Below, piece by piece: positions 20,431 to 30,357 of a stretch of DNA of 64,000 nt; position 1 is the stretch's first letter, and the number at the start of each line of letters is the position of its first letter. Below the pieces are notes generated by a model that was not told where the DNA came from, did not search any database, and saw only the letters and a list, made by a program, of their open reading frames with translations. Source of the stretch: an uncultured Nitrososphaerales archaeon (lineage in GTDB: Archaea > Thermoproteota > Nitrososphaeria > Nitrososphaerales > Nitrososphaeraceae); assembly GCA_963841565.1 (NCBI GenBank), contig CAWJCY010000006.1, positions 224,001 to 288,000 of the forward strand, in the 5' to 3' direction. The position numbers and the translations under genes were made by a program.

Positions 20431-20604
20431 ATGAATAGGAAGGAATTATCTAATAATTGTAAAAATGGAAATCATATTGATTGCGAAGAATGTGTGTGCA
20501 AATGTCACATCCCTGGTACTATGGAATACATGTCACGAAATATAGCACGGTTAGAGAAAGAGCGTCCTGGGTTGGGCGAATCACTTCCGGCCTTCACGCA
20601 GTAG
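20431..20604 (+). CDS. Small Cys/His-rich protein (57 aa)
   Basis: MNRKELSNNCKNGNHIDCEECVCKCH; TATA-like TTAAAA about 28 nt upstream of ATG 20431. Confidence 0.55.
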   Translation: MNRKELSNNCKNGNHIDCEECVCKCHIPGTMEYMSRNIARLEKERPGLGESLPAFTQ

Positions 20605-20850
20605 AATTACATCTCAAATCCAATAGAAGTGGGAAAATGGTTAGCCTTAGGTCAAATGGAAATAGAGCGCTCATACCCTGAGACAAGGAGTTAAATGCGC
20701 CCAATTCTCTACCCTGTCCTAGGAATTTACTCCTTTATTTCAAGCATTTTTCTCATAGTTGAGTCAAATTCGACGTAATAATGACTATGGATTGATGCCT
20801 TTTGACAATCCAGAGAAATCTGATGACTGACTCTGTTAGTTCTGTAGTGA

Positions 20851-21609
20851 CTATTGTATCATACTTGACAAGTCCAAATTGAAGAATTCCTTCAAAATCC
20901 CAATATATGCCTTCACTGGGGGAGGTATTTCGCTTTCGCATGCAATACCTATGTTCCAAGCGTTTATCCAGATAACCATGCATTGAACCATGATCACGAA
21001 TCGCTGGTACTCTCCTGGGACTACATCCATTTCCGTAACATATCTGCTTGCTATGTTCCATGATCCCGTAAAGTCTAAGCACTTGGTACCGTGAATGGTT
21101 TCAATCTGCTCCTGCAAGTCTTTATAAAATTCAAAAGGTTTCATAGTCATGAAGAACGGAAAACTTACTTTTGATGGTTTGATTAATCCAAGCGGAGATA
21201 GAATTGTCAGTATCCTGATGTTATCCTTTGTCTCTTTCTTGAATTTCGCCGTCATTTGATCTGCGATTTGTTCGTCATTAAACCAAAACAAAACTACTGT
21301 CGCGTCAGAAAGACTAACGTTTCTAATATCATCAACAATTATTTGTGCATTCTTCAGTCTTCTTATCCTTTTTTTTGCCACGGAGGCTATTTCATCTCTT
21401 TTCTCGACACCAATAGAACGTTTCACGCCAAATTCCTTGGCCGGAATTTGTACCGTGTTCCCTACCCCACAGCCAAGATGATAAAAGATATCATCATTAT
21501 TAACCTCTCCAAATCTAAAGATTTTTCTCACCACATTTTCAGGTAAAGATATATCATCACCCGTTAGAACATTCTCCGGTAACGAAGACACAAACTCTGA
21601 AATGTCCAA
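20851..21609 (-). CDS. Class I SAM-dependent methyltransferase (DOT1-like N-terminal domain)
   Basis: DIFYHLGCGVG motif I, SIGVE, IVDDI..VSLSDATVV. Confidence 0.8.
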   Translation of the reverse strand: MDISEFVSSLPENVLTGDDISLPENVVRKIFRFGEVNNDDIFYHLGCGVGNTVQIPAKEFGVKRSIGVEKRDEIASVAKKRIRRLKNAQIIVDDIRNVSLSDATVVLFWFNDEQIADQMTAKFKKETKDNIRILTILSPLGLIKPSKVSFPFFMTMKPFEFYKDLQEQIETIHGTKCLDFTGSWNIASRYVTEMDVVPGEYQRFVIMVQCMVIWINAWNIGIACESEIPPPVKAYIGILKEFFNLDLSSMIQ

Positions 21610-22049
21610 TCTAAGTTTCTAGATTCCGTGACTATAAATACCATCGTCTTGATTGCATCGAGCTTGCAACTATGTGACCAGGCTTGAAAACATAGGAATT
21701 TTCTCAGAGGGAAGTTGTTTTTGCCTAATGCATTTCTATTTGCAGATTTGCAAGAATAAGAAGCAAGTAAAATCACAAAGGGTTCGCTTTGACATAGCGG
21801 AAGCAGAAGGCTTTCTGAACTGCTCACAAAATTTGGTATGTTTAATTGACAAGTCTGAGTCGTTCACAGAAATTAAGCTTCATTAAAAACTGGTTGAGTG
21901 AGTGATTGAACGGGTAATCATCATTAAAGACAGGATCTCTGTAATCTTTATTACGGCTAAATATAACTCAATTACAATAAAATTGAGGAGGTTTTAAAAA
22001 AATTGTAAAAAAATTGCGGTAGTTAAGGTAATTTGATCGCTCGCTACGA

Positions 22050-22343
22050 TTAACCTTCTTCCCAGCCCTTTTCAAATACACCATTCTTGTGAAGAGGAAC
22101 TGGCGCACCTGAAGTGTATTCCATAGGCCTCATCCAGAAAATAGCATGGGTTGGACAGACCCCTATGCATGCTCCGTCTGATATGCATCGTTCAGGGTAA
22201 AAGATAAATGCTTTTCCTCTTTTCCATCCCTCTACCGGCTTTACCCTCAGTACATCTGGACCTAAAGCTGTACAAATCTCTACGCAGAGAGCACAACCAA
22301 TACATCTCTGTTCGTCTACATCTGGAAGTATAGCAATTGGCAT
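22050..22343 (-). CDS. 4Fe-4S dicluster ferredoxin
   Basis: CIGCALCVEIC and CISDGACIGVCP (Asp replaces one Cys). Confidence 0.92.
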   Translation of the reverse strand: MPIAILPDVDEQRCIGCALCVEICTALGPDVLRVKPVEGWKRGKAFIFYPERCISDGACIGVCPTHAIFWMRPMEYTSGAPVPLHKNGVFEKGWEEG

Positions 22344-22477
22344 CTTCTAATTCACTAATGGTGCATCTCTCTGAGACTATTTAAACACTATGTCAATTGT
22401 AAAACAGTGTTATATCATCTAATGAAACGAAGAAATAAAAAACAAATACAAAAAATTACCAGAATTTATTTACTTGT

Positions 22478-22699
22478 TTATTTTTTTGTCATTCTAAGAA
22501 CGTCTACTTGTCCGCTGTGTAGCCAATCCTTTAGCTCTTCGTGACTTGGCTTGGCATCATGTTTCCCAGCTAAATGGAGATGCAATAGTACATAGTTAAC
22601 CTGATTTAGCAATGGTTTGTTTTGCTCATCACCCTGTCGACTCTTCTTTTTCAAATCGTCAGGAACAGTAGCCCACCATTCTTCGAATTTTCTAACCAT
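22478..22699 (-). CDS. Small conserved hypothetical protein
   Basis: Clean 73-aa ORF with a TATA-like TTATTAA upstream on the minus strand; same orientation as the ferredoxin. Confidence 0.65.
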   Translation of the reverse strand: MVRKFEEWWATVPDDLKKKSRQGDEQNKPLLNQVNYVLLHLHLAGKHDAKPSHEELKDWLHSGQVDVLRMTKK

Positions 22700-22822
22700 A
22701 TGTCCAAATTCTATTGGAAGTTAATAAGCCTTTTGGGAACATACAAGATTCTATTTTACTGGGTCGAGTTTGGTATATTAGTTGATTACAGATATAACAA
22801 AAAAAGGTAGACTTAGGAACAT

Positions 22823-23656
22823 ATGCCTTTCGATCGCCAGGACTTGCTTGATGCATATCAAGAGTATCTAAATTTTAGGAGAAGTTCACGCTATCAAGAT
22901 CACGCTAGATATATTTTCCCTTTTTTTGAAGGTACATATTTTGCCTACCGCAAAATTGATGTCTTAAGGATCGTTACTATTGCAAGAGCGATATCCTCCG
23001 AGCCGCAATACTTGGACATAGGCTGTGGATATGGAGATTTTCTTAACAAAGTCATTAAGTATATCCCCAGTGCCATCGGTATTGAAAAAGACGCAACAAT
23101 TTACTATTGCTTGAAAAGACCCAAACCTGAACACATTGTCTCACTCCCAATAGAATGCGTGACCCAACCAATAGATGTCGCATTCGTTGGATGGATGGAA
23201 CCGGGAGTAGACTTCAGGCTTCATGTAGCTGATATAGCTAAATGTGTCATAACTACTTTCGACCAAGGTGGACAATGTGGGATCAATGGCGGTTGTGAAT
23301 ATGAAGAATTCGGATACAGCCGTGTTGCATGGTGGCGGACTCCTTCATGGATTGATGTAAATCATGAGTTAATGAACAGATACTATACACAACAGTTGAT
23401 TAATGACAACGTCCTTAGAAATTCGTTGATAGACCTTCGATCTGCACACAACCTTTGGTACGTCTATGTGCGAGACGAAGACCTGAAAGACAAAATCAAT
23501 TCGCACTTGATCAATTGGTTAAAGAAAGAAGGCCCCATTTCACAGACTGAAAAATTTGAGTTTGAGAACATACTTGAACAATGTGGGTTTCAATATGATA
23601 TCAGGCTACCTTCCACGCATGCAAGAGATAAGTTATGGGAAGTACACTTTGAATAA
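22823..23656 (+). CDS. Class I SAM-dependent methyltransferase
   Basis: YLDIGCGYGDF motif I, AIGIE, DVAFVGWM. Confidence 0.78.
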   Translation: MPFDRQDLLDAYQEYLNFRRSSRYQDHARYIFPFFEGTYFAYRKIDVLRIVTIARAISSEPQYLDIGCGYGDFLNKVIKYIPSAIGIEKDATIYYCLKRPKPEHIVSLPIECVTQPIDVAFVGWMEPGVDFRLHVADIAKCVITTFDQGGQCGINGGCEYEEFGYSRVAWWRTPSWIDVNHELMNRYYTQQLINDNVLRNSLIDLRSAHNLWYVYVRDEDLKDKINSHLINWLKKEGPISQTEKFEFENILEQCGFQYDIRLPSTHARDKLWEVHFE

Positions 23657-23935
23657 TTTTCGGTTTCAAGTCTATCATTGGGAGATTTAATGGTGTGTGA
23701 AAAGCGCTCAAGGCAAGTGCGGTGAGAATTTATCCACATTAGATCATTTCGCTTGTGCATTTCCAGATTCACCAAACGATATTTCAGTGATCCGGTAGCT
23801 TCACACTCACGATCTCGTACTGAGATGTTGAATATCTGCTACCACCCTATTGACTTTATCTCGAATCCTCGTACCTGTAAATTATCAATAGATAATTTCA
23901 TAAATGAATTCAAAGTCTAATAATCAAGTCGTTAA

Positions 23936-24523
23936 ATGGGTGGCAATATTTCGGATTCGTTTAGGTTGGTCATAACTGGGAATCCAGGCGTTGGTAAACA
24001 CACCACAGCGTTTGAGCTAAGAAAAATTTTGGAGTTCGCTGTTATCGATATTAATGATTTGGCCGTTAAAAATCAAGCCTTTCTGCAAGTGCCTAGCCTA
24101 GAAATTAATTCAAAGAAGATAGCAACTATAATAAAGTCAAAGCTTGGAGAATCACAAAGAACAGTTATAGTGGGACATTTAGCGCCTTATGTCTTAAAAA
24201 AGGAATGGATCGACCTAACAATAGTGCTGCGGAAGTCTCCATATGCCATTCTTAGCACCTTAGAAAACAGAAAATATTCTGCCGAAAAGATTAGAGAAAA
24301 TGTAGCCAGCGAAATTTTAGGAGTAATATTGTACGACTCGGTTCAATGCTTTGGAAAAGAAAAAATCGCCGAGTTAGATACGACTCAATCTACACCTGCC
24401 GAGGTTTGTGAGAAGATAATTTCCTTATTAAGTGATAAGACGGTTAGAAAAACTGGGGTTGTTGACTGGCTATCTCTGGTATACGAAAAAGGTGATGTAG
24501 GACGATTCCTAGAATATTCGTAA
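23936..24523 (+). CDS. Adenylate kinase, AK6/Fap7-like
   Basis: ITGNPGVGKHT P-loop, IVGH, R.Y..EKIRENVASEIL, VDWL. Confidence 0.88.
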   Translation: MGGNISDSFRLVITGNPGVGKHTTAFELRKILEFAVIDINDLAVKNQAFLQVPSLEINSKKIATIIKSKLGESQRTVIVGHLAPYVLKKEWIDLTIVLRKSPYAILSTLENRKYSAEKIRENVASEILGVILYDSVQCFGKEKIAELDTTQSTPAEVCEKIISLLSDKTVRKTGVVDWLSLVYEKGDVGRFLEYS

Positions 24524-24604
24524 TTATTAAGACCGTCGTGTCATCTAGTGGGTATTGTGAGTTAATCAATTGTGGCCCGAGGAAATTGGTCCTTTTGCAC
24601 TTGT

Positions 24605-24636
24605 ATGATATTTCCTAGCCATGATATTTCTTAGCC
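24605..24636. repeat. 16-bp tandem direct repeat ATGATATTTCYTAGCC x2 upstream of the Lsm promoter
   Basis: Units at 24605-24620 and 24621-24636, one mismatch. Confidence 0.75.
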
Positions 24637-24694
24637 ATGTCTTCATTGTAATTCAAATATATATATCCAAGTCTATAAAGCCGGTGTAAAGATC

Positions 24695-25108
24695 ATGTCC
24701 ACAGTGTTAATACGCAAATTCGGCGAAGAAGCAATTCAGTTTCTTGGTAAAAAGGTTTCTGTAGAAACTTCTGATCAGAGAGTATATAAAGGAACTTTAA
24801 CTGGCATCGACGAGAGACTCGACTTGGTCCTAAATGATGTTGAAGGTACTGGTATACTGAAGATGATCATCAATGGCGTATATGTGAAGGAGATTAAACT
24901 AATGGAGAAGCCCTTTGATTTTAAAGCCCTTTCCGAAAGACTTTCAAAGGTTTTTCCTGGTCTTGTAAGAATTAGAGAAGATGTAGGCGCGATTATAGTT
25001 ATGGATAAGATAAAAGTAACAGAAACCGGTATTGAAGAAGGATCTGGTTTAGCAGCTGATAGAGTTAGAGCCATTTATGATGAGTTCATGAGGGAGAACA
25101 GGAAGTAA
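24695..25108 (+). CDS. Sm/Lsm family RNA-binding protein with C-terminal extension (SmAP3-type)
   Basis: Sm1 YKGTLTGIDERLDLVL, Sm2 IINGVYVKEI, then a C-terminal domain. Confidence 0.85.
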   Translation: MSTVLIRKFGEEAIQFLGKKVSVETSDQRVYKGTLTGIDERLDLVLNDVEGTGILKMIINGVYVKEIKLMEKPFDFKALSERLSKVFPGLVRIREDVGAIIVMDKIKVTETGIEEGSGLAADRVRAIYDEFMRENRK

Positions 25109-25110
25109 AT

Positions 25111-26682
25111 TTGTCCTTTGAGGTCAGATATACTGACCTAGCTGGTAGAATAGGGCAAGTGAAGACAATGCATGGAGTCCTGGAGACTCCGGCTTTTCTT
25201 CCTGTTGTTCATCCCCTTGATCAAGCAATACGGCCTCAATTTTTGAGAGATTTAGGATTCAGTGCCGTAATCACCAATGCGTACATCACGCTTAAGCGTC
25301 ATAAGGAACAAGCAATTCAGAGGGGGATACACAAACTAATCGATTTTGACGGAATAGTGATGACTGATTCGGGAGGCTATCAGGTGTTGGAATATGGCGA
25401 TATTGAAATAGGACCAGAAACTATGGCAAAATTCCAATTTGATATTAAGAGTGATCTGCCCGTAATTCTAGACAGACCAACTGGCTATAGATTAGATTAT
25501 GGGCGAGCTACAGATTTTGTGGAGGAGACTCTCCTAAATGCCAGATCTACTGTAAGTGTGATTAAAGCGCAGATCGATAATCGAAATCATTTAGCTACAG
25601 ATGAAAGGAGTAACATAGAGGGGCCGATTTGGGTTGGTACTATTCAAGGGGCAGAACATCTCGATTTAGTCAAGTATTCTACTAAGGAACTTGCTAAAAT
25701 CGGATTTGAATTCTTTGCGCTTGGGAGTCCCGTCGAAGTCATGGAAGCATATGATTTTCGTCTATTAGCGAAGATGATCCTAACAGCTAAGGAGTTCATA
25801 CCCAATAAACCATTACATCTGTTTGGGGCAGGTCACCCACTTGCCATTTCCCTTGCTGTGGCGCTGGGATGCGATACTTTTGATTCTGCTTCTTATATAC
25901 TATACGCACGTGACAATAGATACATTACTCCCTATGGAACTGCTAAACTCAATGAATTGACCTATCTTCCTTGTAGCTGTCCTGTATGTAGTGATCATTC
26001 GGTAAAGGAATTTCGAAGTATGGATAATAGTACTAAGACAATTGAACTGGCTAAACATAATCTGTATATCCTGAAGTTAGAGATCAACGTCTTGAAACAA
26101 GCGATAATGGATGGTAGGCTGTGGGAATATGTAGTACAAAAAGCACGCTCACACCCAAAGCTCATGGAGGCATTGGCTTACATAAAAGATCATCCGATTA
26201 TGGAATCTGGGACCAGGAGATTCAAAAGTAAGGCGGCTTTTTTCTATGATTCAATAGATTGTTACAGGCCAGAAGCAAAGCAATACAGAGAGATGGTTGC
26301 CAGGTTTAAGTCGTTTAAGTCACGTGTGTTGTTCTATCCGGAACAAGACTTGAAGCCATTTTATTCTAGCAATCAATACATTGATCTTATTAAGGAATAT
26401 GAGGGATATCAGATTTGCTCGTATAGTGCCTTTTTGGGAATAATTCCGGTGGAATTGTGTGATATATATCCCGCTGCTCACAATCTGTCGAATCAGGCAA
26501 ATGACGAAATGACGGAGTATTCGTATGTCGAAATTATCAAGGCTTTGAAGGCATTTCTGAACTTGAACCATTTTGAAGAAGTTGTAATCTACGCGGATAA
26601 GGGTGTCAGAAACAGTTTGAATAGAAATCCACTAAATCATAACAATATAACGATTCTTGAATATGAGGATAACAGAAGATAG
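25111..26682 (+). CDS. tgtA: Archaeosine tRNA-guanine(15) transglycosylase (no PUA domain)
   Basis: ETPAFLPV, MTDSGGYQ, HLFGAGHP, GCDTFDSASY, CSCPVC zinc site, LAKHNL. Confidence 0.94.
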   Translation: MSFEVRYTDLAGRIGQVKTMHGVLETPAFLPVVHPLDQAIRPQFLRDLGFSAVITNAYITLKRHKEQAIQRGIHKLIDFDGIVMTDSGGYQVLEYGDIEIGPETMAKFQFDIKSDLPVILDRPTGYRLDYGRATDFVEETLLNARSTVSVIKAQIDNRNHLATDERSNIEGPIWVGTIQGAEHLDLVKYSTKELAKIGFEFFALGSPVEVMEAYDFRLLAKMILTAKEFIPNKPLHLFGAGHPLAISLAVALGCDTFDSASYILYARDNRYITPYGTAKLNELTYLPCSCPVCSDHSVKEFRSMDNSTKTIELAKHNLYILKLEINVLKQAIMDGRLWEYVVQKARSHPKLMEALAYIKDHPIMESGTRRFKSKAAFFYDSIDCYRPEAKQYREMVARFKSFKSRVLFYPEQDLKPFYSSNQYIDLIKEYEGYQICSYSAFLGIIPVELCDIYPAAHNLSNQANDEMTEYSYVEIIKALKAFLNLNHFEEVVIYADKGVRNSLNRNPLNHNNITILEYEDNRR

Positions 26683-26695
26683 TTTAGTTGAATAG

Positions 26696-26717
26696 CCAGG
26701 ACAACAACATGTCCTGG
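26696..26717. terminator. Hairpin just after tgtA stop, in the convergent tgtA/psmB gap
   Basis: Perfect 8-bp stem CCAGGACA/TGTCCTGG with a 6-nt loop. Terminator role is inferred only. Confidence 0.35.
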
Positions 26718-26963
26718 GCAATAATTTAGCTCCTATTTCATATTGGCAGAGTGGGGTAGCAGAGAATAAGGAAAAAACAAATTCGATATATTTTCTTAGG
26801 AATAATTGCGGGAATAAGTCAAGAACCATAGTCAGGTCTCATGACGTTGCTCATTCCTGCTGCGATCGTGTATCCGATCGATAGTATCGGTAAGAATTCC
26901 ACGCTAACGGACCGCGTTCCCAGAAATTATTAGACGTTAGATTACTGCCTAACTTTCTGATGC

Positions 26964-27624
26964 TTAAGAAGCTACTTCTACTGCGTTCTTAGTCTCCTTT
27001 GGGAGTTCTCTAAATCCGTCCTTATCTATAATGACAACGTTAATACCATCGCCTGTGCCCGCATTTCTTCGGATGGCTGCCAGCAATTGCACGGATAGCA
27101 ATTTTGTAACCATCATCTACTTTCAAATTATCCTGGAATTCAGTTTCGAGATATCCGTATGCAACTGGAGAACCACTTCCCGTCGAGATGAACTTTTCAG
27201 TAGTCATTGATCCAAACAGATCAATATTATAAATCCGCGCTACTTCTTCGGAGTCGTAGCCAGCCATTATGATCTGCACGTAAAACGGAAAATATCTTTG
27301 ATTGAAGAGCACGTTCGAGCACAGTCTAGCGGCAGACTTGACTGGCATTATTTTTCTGTTCGAAATTCTAAATATATTGGCATTGTACCTCATGATGTCG
27401 ACTAGATTTTGAGCGTCTGCTACACCCCCTGCTATTGTCATGCCTAGGTGCCTATCGACCTTCTGAATTTTCATGACATGTCTGTCTGCAATGAAAAATC
27501 CAGCACTTGCCCTTGTGTCAGCAGCAAGAACTACTCCATCGCTACAGGTCAAGGCACATGTAGTAGTACCCTTCTTCATATGCTCTAGAACATACTTCGA
27601 GTATCCGCTATTCTGTAAATCCAT
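26964..27624 (-). CDS. psmB: Proteasome beta subunit, +1 frameshift near 27080
   Basis: Propeptide then KKG|TTT, LAADTRAS, GSGS. The shifted frame gives AAAIRRNAGTGDGINVVIIDKDGFREL to TAA at 26964. Confidence 0.93.
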
Positions 27625-28273
27625 TCTACAGGTATGAAACGGGTACTAAATTTAAGTATTCGCAGTGCGTCAATTAAGTGTGAATTAGAGATTTCTATAA
27701 ATATCGCGTCAACATGACCAGGATAAGTCAAAAGAAAACGTAGTTCAATGGCAGTATTGATGCTACCACAATGTTGTCGAAATATTGGAAGTTGCTTATA
27801 TTAAATTTCACTTTTCAAGACTAAGGAGAAACCTTTGTCAGATGGTTAGTTCTGATTCCGTTGAACTACTCGTATTCTAGAACTCGAATTTTGTATTTGA
27901 GCAAAATAGCTCTCTTCTATCCATAACTCAAGCACTTCCTTGTAATATAATAAGGCAAGGTATTACTGAGAGTAGGTTTGAAGCGGTTACTTTTTTGCTT
28001 CTCCCTGTTATTCTTCTGACTGTTCGCTCCCCAACGGTATCTTCTTCTGACTTGTATGATCCACGGTATCTCAGAACCATCATGAAACTATTACGCTAAA
28101 AAGGGGTAAGTGGGTCTAAAAATCTCAGGAGGCGGTGCCATAGCTACTAACTATCTGAACTATCTATCAGTTGAAATCGACTACATAACAGTAGGCCGTA
28201 ACGTACCATACCATCATCGGTAAAGTATGGTATAACTTAAGAGAAGCCTATGCAATGATGTTAACTATATATG

Positions 28274-28299
28274 CTATACTCTACTATACTCTACTATAC
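28274..28299. repeat. 10-bp tandem repeat (CTATACTCTA) x2.6 between a TATA-like box and ATG 28301
   Basis: Directly visible in the sequence. Confidence 0.75.
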
Positions 28300-28300
28300 C

Positions 28301-29134
28301 ATGATCAAAAAGGGTCTGACGAATAAGCCCAAGAGTAAAAGGGAGCAAATTTGGCGATTAGCCTTGGGCGGAGAATTAACCCCAAATGAGATAGCCTTGA
28401 AAGCAGACACTACGGTACAGAACGTATGGAAGGAGACTAGCATATTAAGGTCGAGAGGGGGTTTAGCTATTCGCAAAACTACTGCACAGCAATCGAATAA
28501 GAGTGAGATGATTTTCCTCAATCCAGGTGAGGAACAAAACAGCACAGACATTCTTGGTTTAAGCAAGATACGGCATAGGACTCCAACTTCTGTTAATAGT
28601 TTGATCGATGTCCCAGAATTGGATTCCGCGGGACTAAAAATTCTCTATGGGGAATTCAAATCTGGAAAAATGCCAATAGACATTTTAGCTGAGTACGGTT
28701 TTCATCCAGAAATTGTAGAATGCGAATACCAGAGGTTCATGCAGCTTAGCGAACGGGATAATGGTGATTTGCTGAAGCGTATTATCCTGACTTTGACACG
28801 CAAAGGTTATGTTGACGAGTCTGGTAGGAACGAAAAGATCAAAGCACTCATCAAACTCTACCGCCAGAGAGGCTATCTATTAAATAATGAAATTCTCAAT
28901 CTCTTGGAGCTATACGTTCAAGAAGAAGTGCAGGACGAGACGGATTTAATGCTCATTGATACAGAGCGGAGACTGCCGAATGGGTTCAGTAGAATTAGGT
29001 GTCGTCAATGTAAAGGGATGTTAGGTGATGCAATTTTGTGTGACAAGTTACCGATAGGGAAGAAACTACTTGAGGAGTATGATGAAAAGTTACTGTGCGA
29101 AGTGTGTCGCCATGATCTCGATAATCCTGACTGA
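28301..29134 (+). CDS. Hypothetical protein with N-terminal HTH and C-terminal C4 zinc ribbon
   Basis: KREQIWRL...LTPNEIALKADTTVQNVWKETSILR is HTH-like; CRQC...CEVC at the C-terminus. Confidence 0.65.
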   Translation: MIKKGLTNKPKSKREQIWRLALGGELTPNEIALKADTTVQNVWKETSILRSRGGLAIRKTTAQQSNKSEMIFLNPGEEQNSTDILGLSKIRHRTPTSVNSLIDVPELDSAGLKILYGEFKSGKMPIDILAEYGFHPEIVECEYQRFMQLSERDNGDLLKRIILTLTRKGYVDESGRNEKIKALIKLYRQRGYLLNNEILNLLELYVQEEVQDETDLMLIDTERRLPNGFSRIRCRQCKGMLGDAILCDKLPIGKKLLEEYDEKLLCEVCRHDLDNPD

Positions 29135-29437
29135 TAGTCAGTAGCGTTAATGTATTAACCGTATTACTTATATTAATGTGAACGTAAAAATCACATCAGG
29201 ATGAGAACATTGGACTTTAGATTCCTATCAATAGTAAAAAAAATAGTAAGCAGATAAAAAGGTGGGTTGAGTAAACTTCTATTCCAATGACATATGTATG
29301 ATATTCGAATATTCCTATTCAAATAGAAAATGTACCGCAGCAGATTAGAGTAAGAGCAGCTGCTAGAACTGAAGCTATAGTATACTTATGTGAAGAGGTA
29401 TTTTTTCTTCTAGATAGAAGCGGTTACATTAGTTTGA

Positions 29438-29596
29438 TTAAAGTACACTCCTGGAGGTTTCTCCTGATATCGCACCCATTATGCCATTAACTGCTCGAGG
29501 CCCATTCGTGGCAAGGATAAACGAATACCAAATTCTTATCCACAGAAAGATAGAAGAGTAAATGGCCGTAAAAAACAAAACTCTCATCTTGCGCAT
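29438..29596 (-). CDS. Possible small membrane or secreted peptide, or a remnant (52 aa)
   Basis: MRKMRVLFFTAIYSSIFLWIRIWYSFILATNGP... has a basic start then a hydrophobic stretch; TTTAAG about 28 nt upstream. Confidence 0.25.
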   Translation of the reverse strand: MRKMRVLFFTAIYSSIFLWIRIWYSFILATNGPRAVNGIMGAISGETSRSVL

Positions 29597-30357
29597 ACTT
29601 AAGGATCACATGTCTGTCTTAAATCAAGTTACATAAATTCTATTAATCTCGGAATCCAAGAATTGGATCGTTTCAGAATGCAAGCATTTGTCAGACATTT
29701 TCATATATTTTTTGTTACCGATTGATGCTATGAAAACTGATATCATGTTTAAGAAACGCACAAGGAATGGACCGAGGACTTTCTTAACTTAGGCTCAAAT
29801 GGAACGACAGATAGAAAACCGGTTACGTTATGATTACGTACGCAAGAGAATAGAATAATGCTACCTCTGCAGGAGGAAAAAATCCGCAGTTTTGTTCAGG
29901 AAGTCTTAGTTGGGCTTTGAAGGATCAAGAAAACCTGGTCCACTGATTAAATGCATCCCACGACGGAAACGAGCTATTTTCTAATCAAATCCTTTCTCTA
30001 TGTCTTTATTACAATATCATTCAATCCTCTAAGAATTTGGCTTGTCTAAATTCATCAAGGTAGTAGGGAAAGCAGCTGAATGAAGAATCAACTGCAATAT
30101 CTGGCATAACGATGGATAACGAGGCTCTAACACGAGGTAACAACAAGACGCTTCGAACAATAAAGATTGTATATCCTTATATGACTAAGGGAGATGAAAA
30201 ATTATTTGCACAACCGTATAGAGTAATCATGGATGCAGGGATAACAGAAAAAGAGGCAGTTGCCATGCATCAGCCCATTCTTATTCGTATTGGCTCCTCT
30301 GCTCAATTTCAGTTTGCACTCCTAATAATTATATTCGAGTAGATTGAAATTGCAGTA

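Noticed and set aside
25111-26682. DpdA-type DNA transglycosylase
   Set aside because: The motifs (DSGGYQ, CxCxxC, HLFGAGHP) and lsm linkage fit the housekeeping ArcTGT; no dpd genes nearby.
26964-27624. True pseudogenisation of psmB, arfC, ilvA, nurA and the amidohydrolase
   Set aside because: Each has a single lesion with intact motifs on both sides, so sequencing error is more parsimonious; kept as CDS.
30112-30342. 76-aa ORF directly upstream of leuC as a leader peptide or gene
   Set aside because: No Leu-codon run, attenuator hairpin or recognisable motif; cannot be supported.
27660-30350. Intact provirus or IS in the psmB-leuC gap
   Set aside because: No integrase, transposase, capsid gene, tRNA att site or terminal inverted repeats seen.
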